This document shows, one piece after another, positions 1 through 13,500 of a stretch of 64,000 bases of DNA (within the stretch, counting starts at the first letter, position 1; each line of letters opens with the position of its first letter). Location: the NCBI GenBank assembly GCA_051294375.1, contig CM119265.1:17263172-17327171 (forward strand), read 5' to 3'. The notes below the pieces were generated by a model. It was not told the origin of the DNA and searched no databases. It saw only the letters and a list, made by a program, of their open reading frames with translations. The DNA is from Paraspadella gotoi. Lineage: Eukaryota; Animalia; Chaetognatha. Both the position numbers and the translations under genes were made by a program.

Positions 1-2823
1 CCGTTTATATTGACGGCCGCAACAAAAAACTTGGGCATGTACTTTTCGAATCGGATTCGAATGATCAACGAAAGGAGAACATCCCTTCTGCAGGTATTAC
101 TCGTTTCTATGTTAGTCAATCAATCTGCAACCTCACGCTTTAAGTTTTAAATATTTATTAGTTAAACTAAAATCCTTGTACTTCAGGACAAGGTAATGAA
201 AAGAACAGTAACGAAGAGAGTAAGAATTTTTTTATTTATACGCGTTTCAAAATGATGCTCAAAATTTGCCGAGCACAATTATATGGTCGTTATGCTATAT
301 TCATTCCTAAATCTTTTTTCCCCGAAATTCCCAAATGTAGAAATGCACTGCAATTGTTTTATTTCAATACCGAACCTGTCTTTGATTTTATGTATAGAGC
401 CTAGTCCATGGGGAGCCAACGAATCCATACCTTCGACTGAAAGTGCGTCGAAGTCATCTGATTGACGACGCGCTTGTCGGCCTCGAGATGGTCGCAATGG
501 AAAATCCTGGCGATCTCAAGAAGCAGCTTTATGTCGAGTTTGACGGGGAACAAGGTCAGTAAAAGAAAAAAAATTCAAAAGAAAAAAAGATATTCCAGAA
601 AAGTACAAAAGATCTTTATCTATTGTAGGAATTGACGAAGGTGGAGTCTCCAAAGAGTTTTTTCAGCTCGTCGTCGAGGAAATTTTTAATCCCGATTTTG
701 GCATGTTTGTCTACAACGATGATACTCATCAGGTGAAACTCTAGCGACGCTAAAGCCTAAATCCAATTTTCTGTACTTTTATACAAGAATGAAAAAAAAT
801 TTGATCAATTGACAACTTTAATTCAGTCAGTTAAAATTTTGCGTCAAAAAGTAAAAGTCGTGTTTTCTTGATAAATTTTAGTTTTGGTTCAACCCTACGT
901 GTTTCGAATCCGACGCTCAGTTCACTCTTATCGGGATTGTCTTGGGCCTCGCTATCTACAACAACGTTATCCTAGACGTGCATTTTCCCATGGTGAGCGA
1001 TAAATTTTACCTCCCGTAGGTAATTAAATTTTGGCCAGTTGTTAATTAAGCTAGTGAATTTTTTTTTTTTAATTTTCTAACAGGGGGCATCTTATATTAT
1101 TATTTATTGTTGACCTTATGGTTTGTGGTAGAATGCTCGCATTGTTCTTTTTGCTGTTCTACTTGATAATGTTTATGAATTAATAAAGAGAAGCAATAGT
1201 GGTTAATAACATTATTTATTGTATTGTTAACTTAACATTATTAATATTACACAAGATACATGATGGTTATTATATTATAAGTGGCAAGCTAAGAAAAGGG
1301 CATAGTGGTTCAAACCGACCCTGAAATCCTAGCTGATTAATAGCTAGGCCTTTGACAATAACAATCTTCTATCAAACATGAGCCAGTCTCCCAGAACAAG
1401 AAAAATACTTCCATTTATAAAGCGACAATACTACTATGAAATATTTTATTAATAATTGGAAAACTAAAACATTATTAAAACCTATTAAAACTATTGCTAA
1501 AACCGTAAAATAAGACTATTATGAAAACTCTATCAAAAGATATGAGAAATGGTCCAAACTACTACAATATGTAAATGAGATTGAAGAACTCAATCTCATT
1601 TGAAATGAACCACAAATTATTCTGCTACAATTTGATTTAGGTTGTTTATCGAAAGTTGCTCGGAAAGCGCGGAAGCCTGCACGACTTGAAGGATTCTCAT
1701 CCAGTGTTGTATCGTTCGCTGGACGATTTGTTATCCTACGAAGGAGAAGACGTTGCGGAAACCTTTATGATGACTTTTCGCATTTCCTATCAGGTTCAAT
1801 TTTTTAGTCTCTCTCATTTGGATGTCGATATTTTTAAGATGTCTAATTCTTTTTTTTTTTTTTNNNNNNNNNNNNNNNNNTTTTTTTTTTTTTTTTTTTT
1901 AGGACGTGTTTGGTTCCGTCTTAACACACGACTTGGTAGAAGATGGAGACGCCGTCCCAGTCACAAAGAGTAATCGACAAGAATTCGTTGATTTATATTC
2001 GGGTAATAGTACGAATAATAATAATCGAAACCAAAGTTATCTAGGAGAAAATATGTTATAAACGATTTAACATTCTTTCTTTCATTTTTGGCGCAGATTT
2101 TCTTCTTAACAAATCGGTTGAAAAGCAATTTCGAGCGTTCCGTAGAGGATTTATAATGGTGACCAACGAGAGTCCTCTGTCCATGTTGTTTAGACCGGAG
2201 GAGGTAAATATAGACTTTTTTTTCTTACCTGTGAATTTTCAATTTTGATCTCATTTATCTCATAGTATTTTAATTATATTTTTATGTATTTGCCTATACC
2301 ATCATGAAGTCACCGTATACGGCAGAATAACAGCCATTATCATAAAACGTTATTGATATCGCAAGTCGCCCTTTCTCAGGTCTTGCTGCTGGTTTGTGGT
2401 AACAAGGATTTCGACTGGGGAGCTCTTGAAGATGCTACCGACTACGACGGAGGTTACACCAAGCAGTCTGAGACAATCAAAATCTTTTGGGATGTTTTTC
2501 ACAAGGAGTTTGACGAAGAGCAAAAACGAAGATTTTTACAGGTGAGCTTTATTAATTCTTGTAAATTTGAATACATTTTTTTAAAATTCGTACTTCACTG
2601 TCTATTTTTATTCAAGTTTACTACGGGCAGCGATCGCGCGCCAATTGGTGGCCTTGGAAAACTCCGATTGGTGGTCGCGAGAAACGGAAGCGATTCTGAT
2701 CGTCTCCCGACTTCGCACACCTGTTTCAATGTTCTCCTGCTTCCTGACTACAAGAACAAGGAAAAACTCAAGGAATGCCTGACAAAAGCCATTTCCTATG
2801 CCAAGGGGTTCGGTATGCTTTAA
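1..2823 (+). CDS. UBE3A: HECT E3 ubiquitin ligase UBE3A/E6-AP-like, 3' part (multi-exon, starts upstream of window)
   Basis: Spliced exons read [42 protein letters not shown] / [27 protein letters not shown] / ...[18 protein letters not shown]...[11 protein letters not shown] (catalytic HTCF; C-terminus typical of E6-AP). Stop 2821-2823. Confidence 0.93.
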
Positions 2824-3346
2824 AAGCAAGTTTTTGACCCTGCGGGTTAAGCTTGCCCATGAGTTAGACGTTTTGCCGAATTCGCGAGTTTAATCCACTA
2901 TGACCGCGTTTGCCCTCCATAACTCCATACCCACGAATTTATACACCGGGACTGTGATTTTTGGAACGATCAAACTAACTTTAGGACATTTTTGTTGCGT
3001 TGATATGTAAAACCGCCAGGTCATTTTGATTGTTTTTTTGCCACCTTGTAAGGTCATCATCTCACTTGTAATTTGAATCACAATTTTTGTCTTTCGTCAC
3101 TTTTTTACATCAGATGCTTTTTATGAAAGACGAAAGACGGATCGATTTAAATAAATCGCTGTCCCGATAAAGAGGCCCGAGTTTCTTCGAACACTGGCTT
3201 TTGCTGCAATAATCAATACATTTTATATTTATTTTCCTTATTCTTATTACCAATGACGAAGCTGCTTTATTTTCCTCTGGTTAACCCGTTAGCTGAGATT
3301 TTCGACCCTTAACGATGAAAGTTGTCTTTGTCAGATTCATAAGTCC

Positions 3347-3880
3347 ATGGCAGCGAATAAGGAAATCCCTGGCTTCGTCTCGGAAGTCGACGATCCTTAC
3401 GCTATATTTGGCGTCCAGTCAAGCTGTGACCTCAAAGACTTGAAAAAACGTTACCAGGAGCTTTTGTTACGATTTCACCCGGACAAAACGTGTTCGAGAG
3501 ACTCGCGGGGTCGGACGAATTCGTCGCTCGAAGACGCGCCAATCTCCGACGGGGAGAAGTTTCGCCGTCTGGAGACGTCTTGGAGGTTATTACGCGACCC
3601 GGAATCGCGGCGCGTTTGGGACGACTCCGTCAGACAACGCGACCGGTTGCAGTCGCATCCTGTCGGAGATCGAGTGTCGCTGACCGAAATGAATGCGGAA
3701 GTGGAAGACGACATTACTACCTGGTCCTACGGCTGCCGTTGCGGTGGCGAATACGTCTTGAACTCCCTAGACGAACTTTATCGACAATCTCACGAAAGAG
3801 ACGAAATGCTCTTATGCTGCTCTGATTGTTCTCTCGCCATCGCGGTCTATATCGACTTTGTACCGTCATATAAAGAATGA
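3347..3880 (+). CDS. DNAJC24: DnaJ domain + CSL zinc finger protein (diphthamide biosynthesis DPH4), intronless
   Basis: J-domain DPYAIFGV...LKKRYQELLLRFHPDK, then CRCGGEY...CSDCSLAI zinc ribbon. Confidence 0.92.
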   Translation: MAANKEIPGFVSEVDDPYAIFGVQSSCDLKDLKKRYQELLLRFHPDKTCSRDSRGRTNSSLEDAPISDGEKFRRLETSWRLLRDPESRRVWDDSVRQRDRLQSHPVGDRVSLTEMNAEVEDDITTWSYGCRCGGEYVLNSLDELYRQSHERDEMLLCCSDCSLAIAVYIDFVPSYKE

Positions 3881-4123
3881 AATTCTCTTTCATTTATTCG
3901 TTTGTTCCCCCTTTGACTTTTTAAGTTATAGATGGAATAGGGCACAGGGAACTTTTTACCTGAGCGCCAACCCTTTGATGGGTTTATAAAAATTGAATCA
4001 GCTGCGCTCGAGACGATAAATTTTTTTCTATAAAATTAGGTAAATCGTTAAATTTGTGGATATATCTGATGCCTATTCGGTCTAAAGATGAGATAAATAC
4101 AATTTATTTCTTGGTATTGTAGT

Positions 4124-6244
4124 ATGATTGGCGCCTGTTCCGCGATGGCTTCACTCCTTCCCCGCGGCTTATTGACCTTCTCCTGCGGAGCTCGCGTTCT
4201 CGGGGCCGTTTCCGCAGCGCCCTCCCTTGTTCAACCGAAAAGACATCTCAGCCTCCACGAGCATTACAGGTTTAAATTAAAAGCAAATATGGCAACTGCT
4301 CCGTTGCTTGGGAGCGCAGAATAAACTAAAATATTTTCGTTTTACCGTATTTCATTTCATCAAGCGTTATGTGACTTAAAATTTCAGTCTTCAAATGATG
4401 TCCGAAGCCGGCATTCCCACACCCAAATTTCATATTGCAAAGAATGTAAAAGAAGCAACAGATGCTGCCAAAAGACTGGGTGGAGCAGACTGCGTTTTAA
4501 AAGCACAAGTGAGCAAAACTGAGTAGTAAGTTATCGATTGTTTATTCGATCATACAGAGGAATTAAATAACCGTTCTTGTATCAGATCCTCGCTGGCGGA
4601 CGTGGCAAAGGAGTTTTTACATCAGGCTTGAAAGGCGGTGTTCGTATCGTCTACTCGCCCGAGGAAGCGACTGAGGTCGCAGGTCGCATGATTGGTCACA
4701 AGCTGATTACCAAACAGACTGGTGAAGAGGGCCGTCCTTGCGACAAGATCCTTGTCTGTGAAAGACTCTACCTCCGACGGGAGTACTATTTCGCTCTTCT
4801 CCAATCCCGCGACACCAACGGCCCGTGCATCATTAGCAGCAGTCAGGGCGGCGTCAACATCGAGGAGGTCGCCAAGGATTATCCGGATGCCATCATTACC
4901 CACCCCATCGACGCCTTAAAAGGATTGTCGCAGAAAGAGGCTGATGATGTTAGCGTCACTTGAACGTTTATTACTGTATTTTCTTCGATAGACGACTAAT
5001 GATTATTTAATTTTGTATTATAACTCTTTCCAGGTGGCGAAGAAGCTCGGGTTCGAGGGTGAGGCTCTGAAGCAAGCTTCGGGCATCTTCATGAAGCTCT
5101 TCGATCTCTTTCTTAAGAACGACATGACCGCCCTCGAAATCAACCCGTTGGCGGAGGACCTTAACGGGCACGTGTACTGCATGGACGCCAAGTTCAATTT
5201 TGACTCCAACGCGGAGTTCCGGCAAAAGCATCTTTTTGATTTGGCCGATCCCTCGCAGGAGGACAAACGCGACGTTATTGCCGCAGAAGTTAGTGTTGAT
5301 GGGGACTTCGTTCTCTCCATAAAGGAGAATAGTTGATAGTGTGGACGCAACAAGGTTAAAAACGATAACAGTCAGATGCTTAGTCTATAACAATGGATAT
5401 CGACAAAGTTTGACCACAAAAATAATGAGGGAAAACGGTTGAGGGTAAGGTTGGTAAGTTCAGTTTTGACCGAGGTTGTGTGTTGTAGTTGTTCGTCCAC
5501 AATAGCCTGATAAGGATAGTCAACTTTAATCGGCGAGAATTGGTAATTTATTGTAATTTTTACTATTCGTTGACTTGTACATTGTATAATGTATATGCGT
5601 GCGTCTTTCTCTAATAATGTATATTTTGATCCCAGGTCGGATTGAATTACATTGGTTTGGATGGCGAGATCGGATGTTTGGTGAATGGGGCTGGGCTCGC
5701 CATGGCTACGATGGATATCATCAAACTGCACGGAGGTTCTCCGGCCAACTTTCTCGATGTGGGCGGCGGAGCCACGGCGGAGCAGGTTCGTCGCATCTTT
5801 CGTAACTGTTCACGCGTTACATTGCTAAGTTGCGAACGACTTTCTTCATTTAGGTGACGGAGGCTTTCAAACTTATCACATCCGACTCTCGCGTTCTCGC
5901 CATCTTGGTCAACATTTTCGGCGGCATCATGCGTTGCGACGTCATCGCTCAGGGCATCATCACCGCCGCACAGCAGCTTGACCTCAAAGTGCCCATCGTG
6001 GTTCGGCTGCAGGGCACAAAAGTCGACGAAGCCAAGGCTCTCATTGCCGGATCTAATTTGAGGATTCTCTCCTGCGATAATCTCGACGAAGCCGCGAAAA
6101 TGGCTGTCAGGCTCTCCAACATCGTGTCTATGGCAAAGGTTAGTTTCAATTTTTATTACTTATTTTTTGCGTTACATAATGACTAATGATGACCGAATAT
6201 TTTAGGATGCTCGCCTGGACGTCCGGTTCGAATTGCCGCTTTAA
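4124..6244 (+). CDS. SUCLA2: Succinyl-CoA ligase [ADP-forming] beta subunit, mitochondrial (multi-exon; start at 4124 or 4145)
   Basis: Transit-peptide-like N-terminus, [77 protein letters not shown]; last exon 6206-6244 [12 protein letters not shown]. Confidence 0.92.
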
Positions 6245-7573
6245 GAAGAACGAAACCTCATTTATTTGTGATTTTTTGACGGAGTGAAAGTAAAACTGTT
6301 TTCATTTATTTATTGTCTCATCAAGAACTGATGGCAAAACATGATTATTAGAAGGGGTTATGAAAATTTTGTGAAACGAGATAGATTTTATTTAAATCAT
6401 CCGTTGCCCGCATCACTGTTGCATTTACTAGCCATCTGACTAATATTGTAGTATTTTTATCTGATTTTTATTGCAGTTAGTTTAATTCGAAACAATGTGT
6501 GACATTCTAAAAAAAGACTTATTACGCTGAAAAAAGGTCGTCCAATATATTCCTTATACAGTATACATTATACACCACCACAGCATCGTACCCTGCAAAT
6601 TTTTAGGTCGGATCAGTTATGTTGTTAAAATGTTAAAAATTTACCCAATAAAAAAATTGGACCCGTGGCTTTTGTTTAAAAAATAATTTTATTCTTGACG
6701 TGACGAAAATAAGATTGGATTTGTTAAGGAACCTGTGCTCCATACTTTTTTCTTTGAGTTAGTTAAAAGATCCCTTTTAAAAACAGTATAGTTATTAGTT
6801 AGTAATGCGAGTTCTTCATAAGTACCTGATGTGAGATACAATAAGCAGAATTAAGACTCTAAATACAAAATTTTAGTTTTTTAACTTTTTCACTAATTTT
6901 TCCGACTTCTATAAGTGTATGAAGATTTTGTTGACAGCATTTTTGACTTTTATTAGATTTTGTGGTCGGTTTTTTAAGATTATTTAAAATTATTATTAAA
7001 ATTATGCTTTTATAATTTATCATATTTATTTATTTATTTAGTACGGTACTGTATTTGAGCAATATCTTAGTTTTATTCATTATATCTTCCTATTGAGTTA
7101 TTGTGAATAACGTTGATTCAAAATATTTAGGAAAAAAATTGTCCGAATAATTCTACTTTAAATATTTATGTTTATTAAGAAAAGTTAGATAATATAATAA
7201 ATCGTAAACCCTGTCCTCCTTGCAGAAAGTCGATTCCTTTTGTTTTCTCTCTTCATCTTCCCTTTAAATTTAGCGACTCTCTTCCTCTTCCTTCGACTTT
7301 TTTTATTCGGCTGTAGAGCTCATTCCACAATGCTTAAAAAACAGTTTCAATGATTAACTTTTAGGTACCATATTTTCAGTTTTTTCTCTCGCCGATGTAC
7401 AGTAGGCACCAATTGACCTTTTGTTCTCGTAAATCGTGATCTCGAATCATCAACGTTTAACTTGCCAATAACTTTTCGGGAATTCTGGGAAATTTCATAT
7501 TTCTTCTGTCGCAATGCGCCTGACTCGAGGATCTTCTACATATGTGACTTGATCGATTTTCCATAACGTCATA

Positions 7574-10500
7574 ATGAGAAATAAACGTCATCCCGATAAA
7601 AAACCGTCGGCAACCGGCGGCGCAGGCGGCAGACCGCCGCCCAGACCCCATCACCACTACCACCACCCTCCGGAAGGTTTAACGGCGGACCGGTTTACCC
7701 CGCGCGCCTTCCAGGTCGAGCTACTTGACCATGCATTACGGGAAAACACTATCGTCTGTTTGCAGACAGGAAGTGGAAAAACGTTCATCGCCGTTATGCT
7801 CATTAAAGAGTTGATGTCCAAATCGGAAACAGTGCGGGAGCCTCTCGCCCACGGAGGAAAGAGGGCCTTCTTCCTCGTCAACACTACGCCCTTGGTCCAT
7901 CAACAGGTCGGTCGGGGGAGTTCGATAGAAACGTAACTTTTTACTCGCATAACATACGTAACGGTTTCACCTCCAGAAAGAGGCGATAGAGCGACACACG
8001 GATCTCAAGGTGCAAGGTTATGTGGGCGAGGACGGCGTGGACTATTGGTCGGGCGAGAGGTGGTACGAGGAATTGGACAAGTTTAACGTCCTCGTCATGA
8101 CTTCACAAATCCTTCTGGACATCCTCCATCACGGGTTCTTCCGCCTCGACCAGGCCAATTTGCTCGTTTTCGACGAATGTCATTCCGCTGTCAAAGATCA
8201 TCCCATGAGGTGATCAAAGCATTTTCGGACTATTGTCAACGACCCGTCTTCCCCGGTTCAATCGGATCGATCCTCTTTCTTTTCAGAAACATTTTGAAAT
8301 TTTACGACGAAGTCGAGGTCATCGATCGTCCGCGAATCTTGGGTCTCACCGCCTCCCTCCTTAATTCCAAAATTAAATTTGAGGATTTAGAGAGACGCAT
8401 TCGTAACTTGGAGATGAGCATGAGGAGTTGCGTGAGAACGGCTTCCGATCACGGACAAGTACGTTTGTAGCGTAGGCTCAAATTGCCTGTCGACTATAAA
8501 CAAGCGGCCGTTATTTTTTAGGTGGAAATTTACAGCACCAAACCTCGCGAACACCTCGTCGAATGCGGCCACATGTCCACGTCCTGTCGCGAAATTCGAG
8601 AAAGTCTCGACGCAAAACTGGCGGAAGCTTTGGAATTTTTGGACGTGATGATGGTTCCCTTGGAAGAGAACGAGACAGATCCTAGGCAAGGACCCAAGGA
8701 CGAACTGCGCAAGGTCCAAACCATCCTACATGAGCTGGGTTAGAGTCATGACGGAAACGACATCGTGAACTGATATCGATATCCTTTCGTAATATTTTCA
8801 ATTAATTTTGATCCAGGTCCTTGGCCTTTCTACAAAATGGCATTCAAGGCGATGAACGAGGCGAATAAAAACGCGGAATGCATGCCGCTCATGATAAACA
8901 TGTATCTTTTAAAATGGCTTGAGACTTACTTGCGACAGATGTGCGCCATGTGCGAGGATGTTTTTGGTGAGAATTTTTTGACGCTAATGTTTCTTGAGAG
9001 AATTCGTCGATTCTCTTTTTCGTCGCAGGAGAACCTTCGACCCCCGAGGACGTCATGGCGTTTTTGTCACCGAAAGTCGTGAGAGTCGTGGAGTGCCTCC
9101 GCGAGTTCGCGCCGTCGACGTTGCACAACGACGTCTCTCAAACTGACTCTGGTTGCGAGAGCAGCGCGTCCGTCGGACGGACCGACGTAAAGGCCTCCGG
9201 CGCGGATCGGAAACGCGTTAAAGATGTCGTCCGAGACGCTTCCGCCGAAGCCGCCGCCGAGAAGCTACATTTGGAGGTGAACGAGGAAGAGGAGGAAGAG
9301 ATGGAGGAGGAAGAAGCGAATCCGAAGCCAGAAACAGTTAGCGACGCTGATGGTCAGGCGGGGCTCTGCGGAATCGTTTTCGTGCAGCACCGGATCGTCG
9401 CCGAGGCTCTCAGCAAATGCCTCAATCATCTCAAACAAATGGACTCGACGCTGGATTTCATTCGACCCCGACATCTCGTTGGACAGAACTTTAAGGAAAA
9501 AGCCCCTAAAGTGGCTGACGAAAACTTTGAAAAGGTACCAGAGAAAGAGAGAACGGAAGCGAGCTAGTAAGTATACTTGACCGATTCTACATATTATTCA
9601 AATACTGATTTGTGAATCCTACTTGTTGACAGGAGCAACAATCTGCGAGTAGATCTCAAGAAGAGGTTTTACGACGCTTCCGTTCCAACGATGTCAACCT
9701 CCTGGTCGCCACCGACATCTTGAAGGAAGGCATCCACGTCCCCAAGTGCAACGTTATCGTTATGTTCAGTCTCCCGCTTACGTTCAATACTTTCATTCAG
9801 TCCAAAGGCAGAGCTCGGGCTCCCAAGTAAGCCTCGCTCAATCTGTTATATATAATGCAGGCGAAAAAAAAGGGTTGATTCTACCCCTTTTTAGATCCCG
9901 TTACATAATGCTTTGCAACGAAGCGGAGAAGATCAAGTTTGCCGATGCCCTGGACGAATACAAGCAAATAGAGAAAGTGTTGAGATATTACTGCAATGAC
10001 AGGGATCAGCCCGAGGAAGATGAGGTTAGTTTTTATGACGATATGAGTAAAGAAAACATCGGTGTAAAGCTTTGTCTTTTCTTTTGTTCTTTTATCAGTG
10101 TGACGAACATATGGCCGAGGACCTGCTTCCCGCCTACATCCCTGAACGACTCCGTACCAAGAATGTCGACACGAAGCACGACGAAGACGAAGAAGCCCGT
10201 CAAGCGTCGTCACCTCGCGTTACTCTAAATTCCGCGATTTCTCTCGTCAACCGATATTGCGCCAAGGTGCCAATGGAATTTAGGATAAGAACGGAAGTGG
10301 ATGTGTTTTAAACAGAAGGTTCATTTATGGTTCATAATTTATATATTTGCTTCAGTTACCGTCCGACGCTTTCACTCATTTGACGCCGAAATGTGAGACA
10401 CGGATGATCGATGAGGAGGGTCGCGCCATCGTGACAAAGGCGGCCAGAAAAGGCGAACGTTGCCAGGAGGGCAGGCTGTGGGTCTCCTCGCTCAGATTTC

Positions 10501-13500
10501 CCATTAATTCCCCGCTCAAGGACGTCGTCTTCGGTTAGCGCGGCAGTCATTTTCCCGTCGAAACTTTGATTTTATTGAGTCTTTTTACAATTTCTCAGGT
10601 GCCCCGATGCCAACGAAGCGGTTATCGCAGAAGGCCGTGGCGTTGAAGGCGTGCCAGCTTCTGCACGAGCGAGGGGAACTTGACGACCACTTGTTGCCTC
10701 TGGGGAAGGATATCCGGGTGGAAGGAATGGAGGAGGACGATACTACGGAGGAAGAACGGGCCGAGTTGGTTCGCGCGGCCGAGGACGGCACGGCCCGGCC
10801 TGGCTCAACTAAGAGGCGCCAACATTACAATAAGAAAATTGCCGGTGATTTCTCTGCCTATTATTTATACTTTCTACCATGCGAATTTTTCGTACGGAGC
10901 AAAAAATAAAATCCCACTTCTTACGAACACCAGAAATGCTGTCGGACGGTCTTCCGGAAAACTCTAAACCCTGCTCCCTCTACGTACTCTCTATGCGACT
11001 GACTTGCCCGATCAGCGAGGCTCAAAATACCCGTGGTCGACGCATCTACTACCCCGAATCGACCACCCTGGGCTTTGGGGTATTAACTTGCAACTCACTT
11101 CCTTTTACCCCGGGTTTTCCCATTTACTCGCGGTCGGGCGAGGTGATGGTGGAGGTGGTGTTGGTCGACGATAACGTTGTTATGCCTGAGGATCAATATT
11201 GCCTTATTGTCAACTTTCACAAATTCGTTTTCTCGTCGGTCTTGCGTCTTGAGAAGGATCCCATGCAGTTTAATCCGAAAAAGGTGCGGCATTGTTGTGA
11301 TCATTTTATGTTTTTCGGTTCCATTTCACAATCAGTAACAATTATCGCTAGGCTCCAAGCAAATACTTCGTGGTCCCATTACAAATGAGAGCGAACGGCG
11401 AGCTCGGCAGCAAAGACTGCAAGATTGAGGCAGAAATCGATTGGAAGTTCATCGAACAAGGTTTCTGACACTCTTGATACATGATTGTCTAATTCTTATT
11501 AACGCTCATCTATTATCGATGTTAGTGAAAGAAACAGTGATGGAATTGAAGAACAGATTCAACACGGGCGAACACCCTCTCCCGGGCGGGTTCGTCGACG
11601 TTAAAAAGTACGATGACGCCGTGGTAATGCCCTGGTACCGGAACATGGACCAACCCCATTATTTTTACGTCGCCGAATTGTGTGCCAATCTGAACCCGCG
11701 AAGGTAAGTACGACTATTTTTACTAATTAACTCTTGCAATTTTCTTCAAGTGATTTCTATATTTTTAAAAGCGCGTTTCCCTCCGGGGAATACGACACCT
11801 TCTACGAGTATTATTACTCCAAATATGGCCTAGAGATTTTGGACAAAGAACAACCCCTCCTCGATGTGGACCACACGTCTCTCCGACTCAATCTGCTCAC
11901 CCCACGATACATGAACCACAAGGGTAATTGGGTCGGATTTGCTACTACCGCAACAGGATTGCAGCTTAAATAGTATTGTTTAAATAAATTTTACTTAGGT
12001 GTAATGTTACCGACGTCTTCGGCCGAGACGAAGAAAGCGAAGAGGGAAAATTTACAGCAGAAGCAAATTCTGGTGCCCGAACTATGCGACATCCATCCGT
12101 TTCCCGCGCCTCTGTGGCGCAAAGCAGTCTGCTTGCCAGCTATTCTGTATAGAATCAATTCGTTACTCATCGCCGAACAGGTTAATTTTGAATTTAGATT
12201 ATTGTATCATCAATGACAACATATTTTTTTCTTCTCCTAATACGTAGTTTCTCAGAGTTATCAGATGTATGTATTAATAAAGTGAATTAAGAACCAAAGC
12301 TGGCTAATAGGTTTTAAAAACTCCGCAAGCGAGAAAGCGGATGTTTCCGATATCCGGCTTTTAAACTTTTTTAAAAAAATTTAATTTAAATTAGTTCACA
12401 AAGCGTAAAATATATTTACTGACAAGAGCGAAAATTTTAAATAGTAAAATAAAAAAACTTTTCTGTCAGTTTTATTTAAAGAAAATAATTTTATGTTTAA
12501 CGTATAAGTCACAGCCCTGCTTTGTGAAGTATTGGCCGTTTATAAGTTACTTAAGTAAAACTTAGCTTTATATATTCAATGAATATTAGAGAGGAGCTCT
12601 TGAGAACAAAAATTTGATTTGAGTCAATTAACAATAATAATTTTATGCGAGAGAGTGTGATTATCGAGTACAAAAAGTATTTTGTTCATATTGTTTCGGG
12701 AATAGAAAAGCAAAATACAATATATTTATAGTATTATCTTTATAAAATATGGAATTTTGAATTTTTTATTATTAAAAATTCAGATTTCTCATAAAAAGTT
12801 AGACTAAAAATATAAAACAAGTTATCAACAATTTTTATATCTACAGTATTAAAAATAGAAAAAAAGGTCGAAATTCTCCACTTTTTCACTCTGTAGTAGA
12901 AACTATTATATGATAAACATTTTTTATTATTTTTCGCAGCTTTAACATTAAAATATTATATAATAATATATTATATAATAATATATATATAATAATAATA
13001 AATTTTACAAAAATTTCTCTTTTTTTCAAATTTTGAAATTTGGCGTTTTACGTTAAGTCACCATAATTTCATCTTTGAAAATTCTTCTTTCCCTAGTTAC
13101 GTAAAGAAATCGCTGAAAAGGCCTGTATCGGCGTTGTGCAACTCCCTGAAGAATATCCTTTCCCTCACATGGATTTTGGTTGGGGCAAGAGAAACGAAGA
13201 GGACGTTGAGCAACAACTTTGTATTAAAGGTAAACGTTAAAATGAAAGGAATCAGTAAAAGTTAGCAAAATAAAACGCTCGTCATAAAAGTATAAATATG
13301 AAAGAATGGAATCGGTTTCGTCACTCAGAACATATCATTAGATTGTCGATGGTGACGTAGTAATTCCGCCAGTGTTTCGAGGCGCGGATCTCAGTGATTT
13401 CGATACGCAGTTTGTTGTAGATTTTCCTCCTTCGCCGCTCGATGATGTAGTCGTTTCTTAGTTTGTCGTTCGACGACCCAACGTCTCGCAAAAGCGTCTC

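Noticed and set aside
1864-1880. N run inside a poly-T tract (also 50368-50377 in a CT repeat)
   Set aside because: Assembly gaps, not biology.
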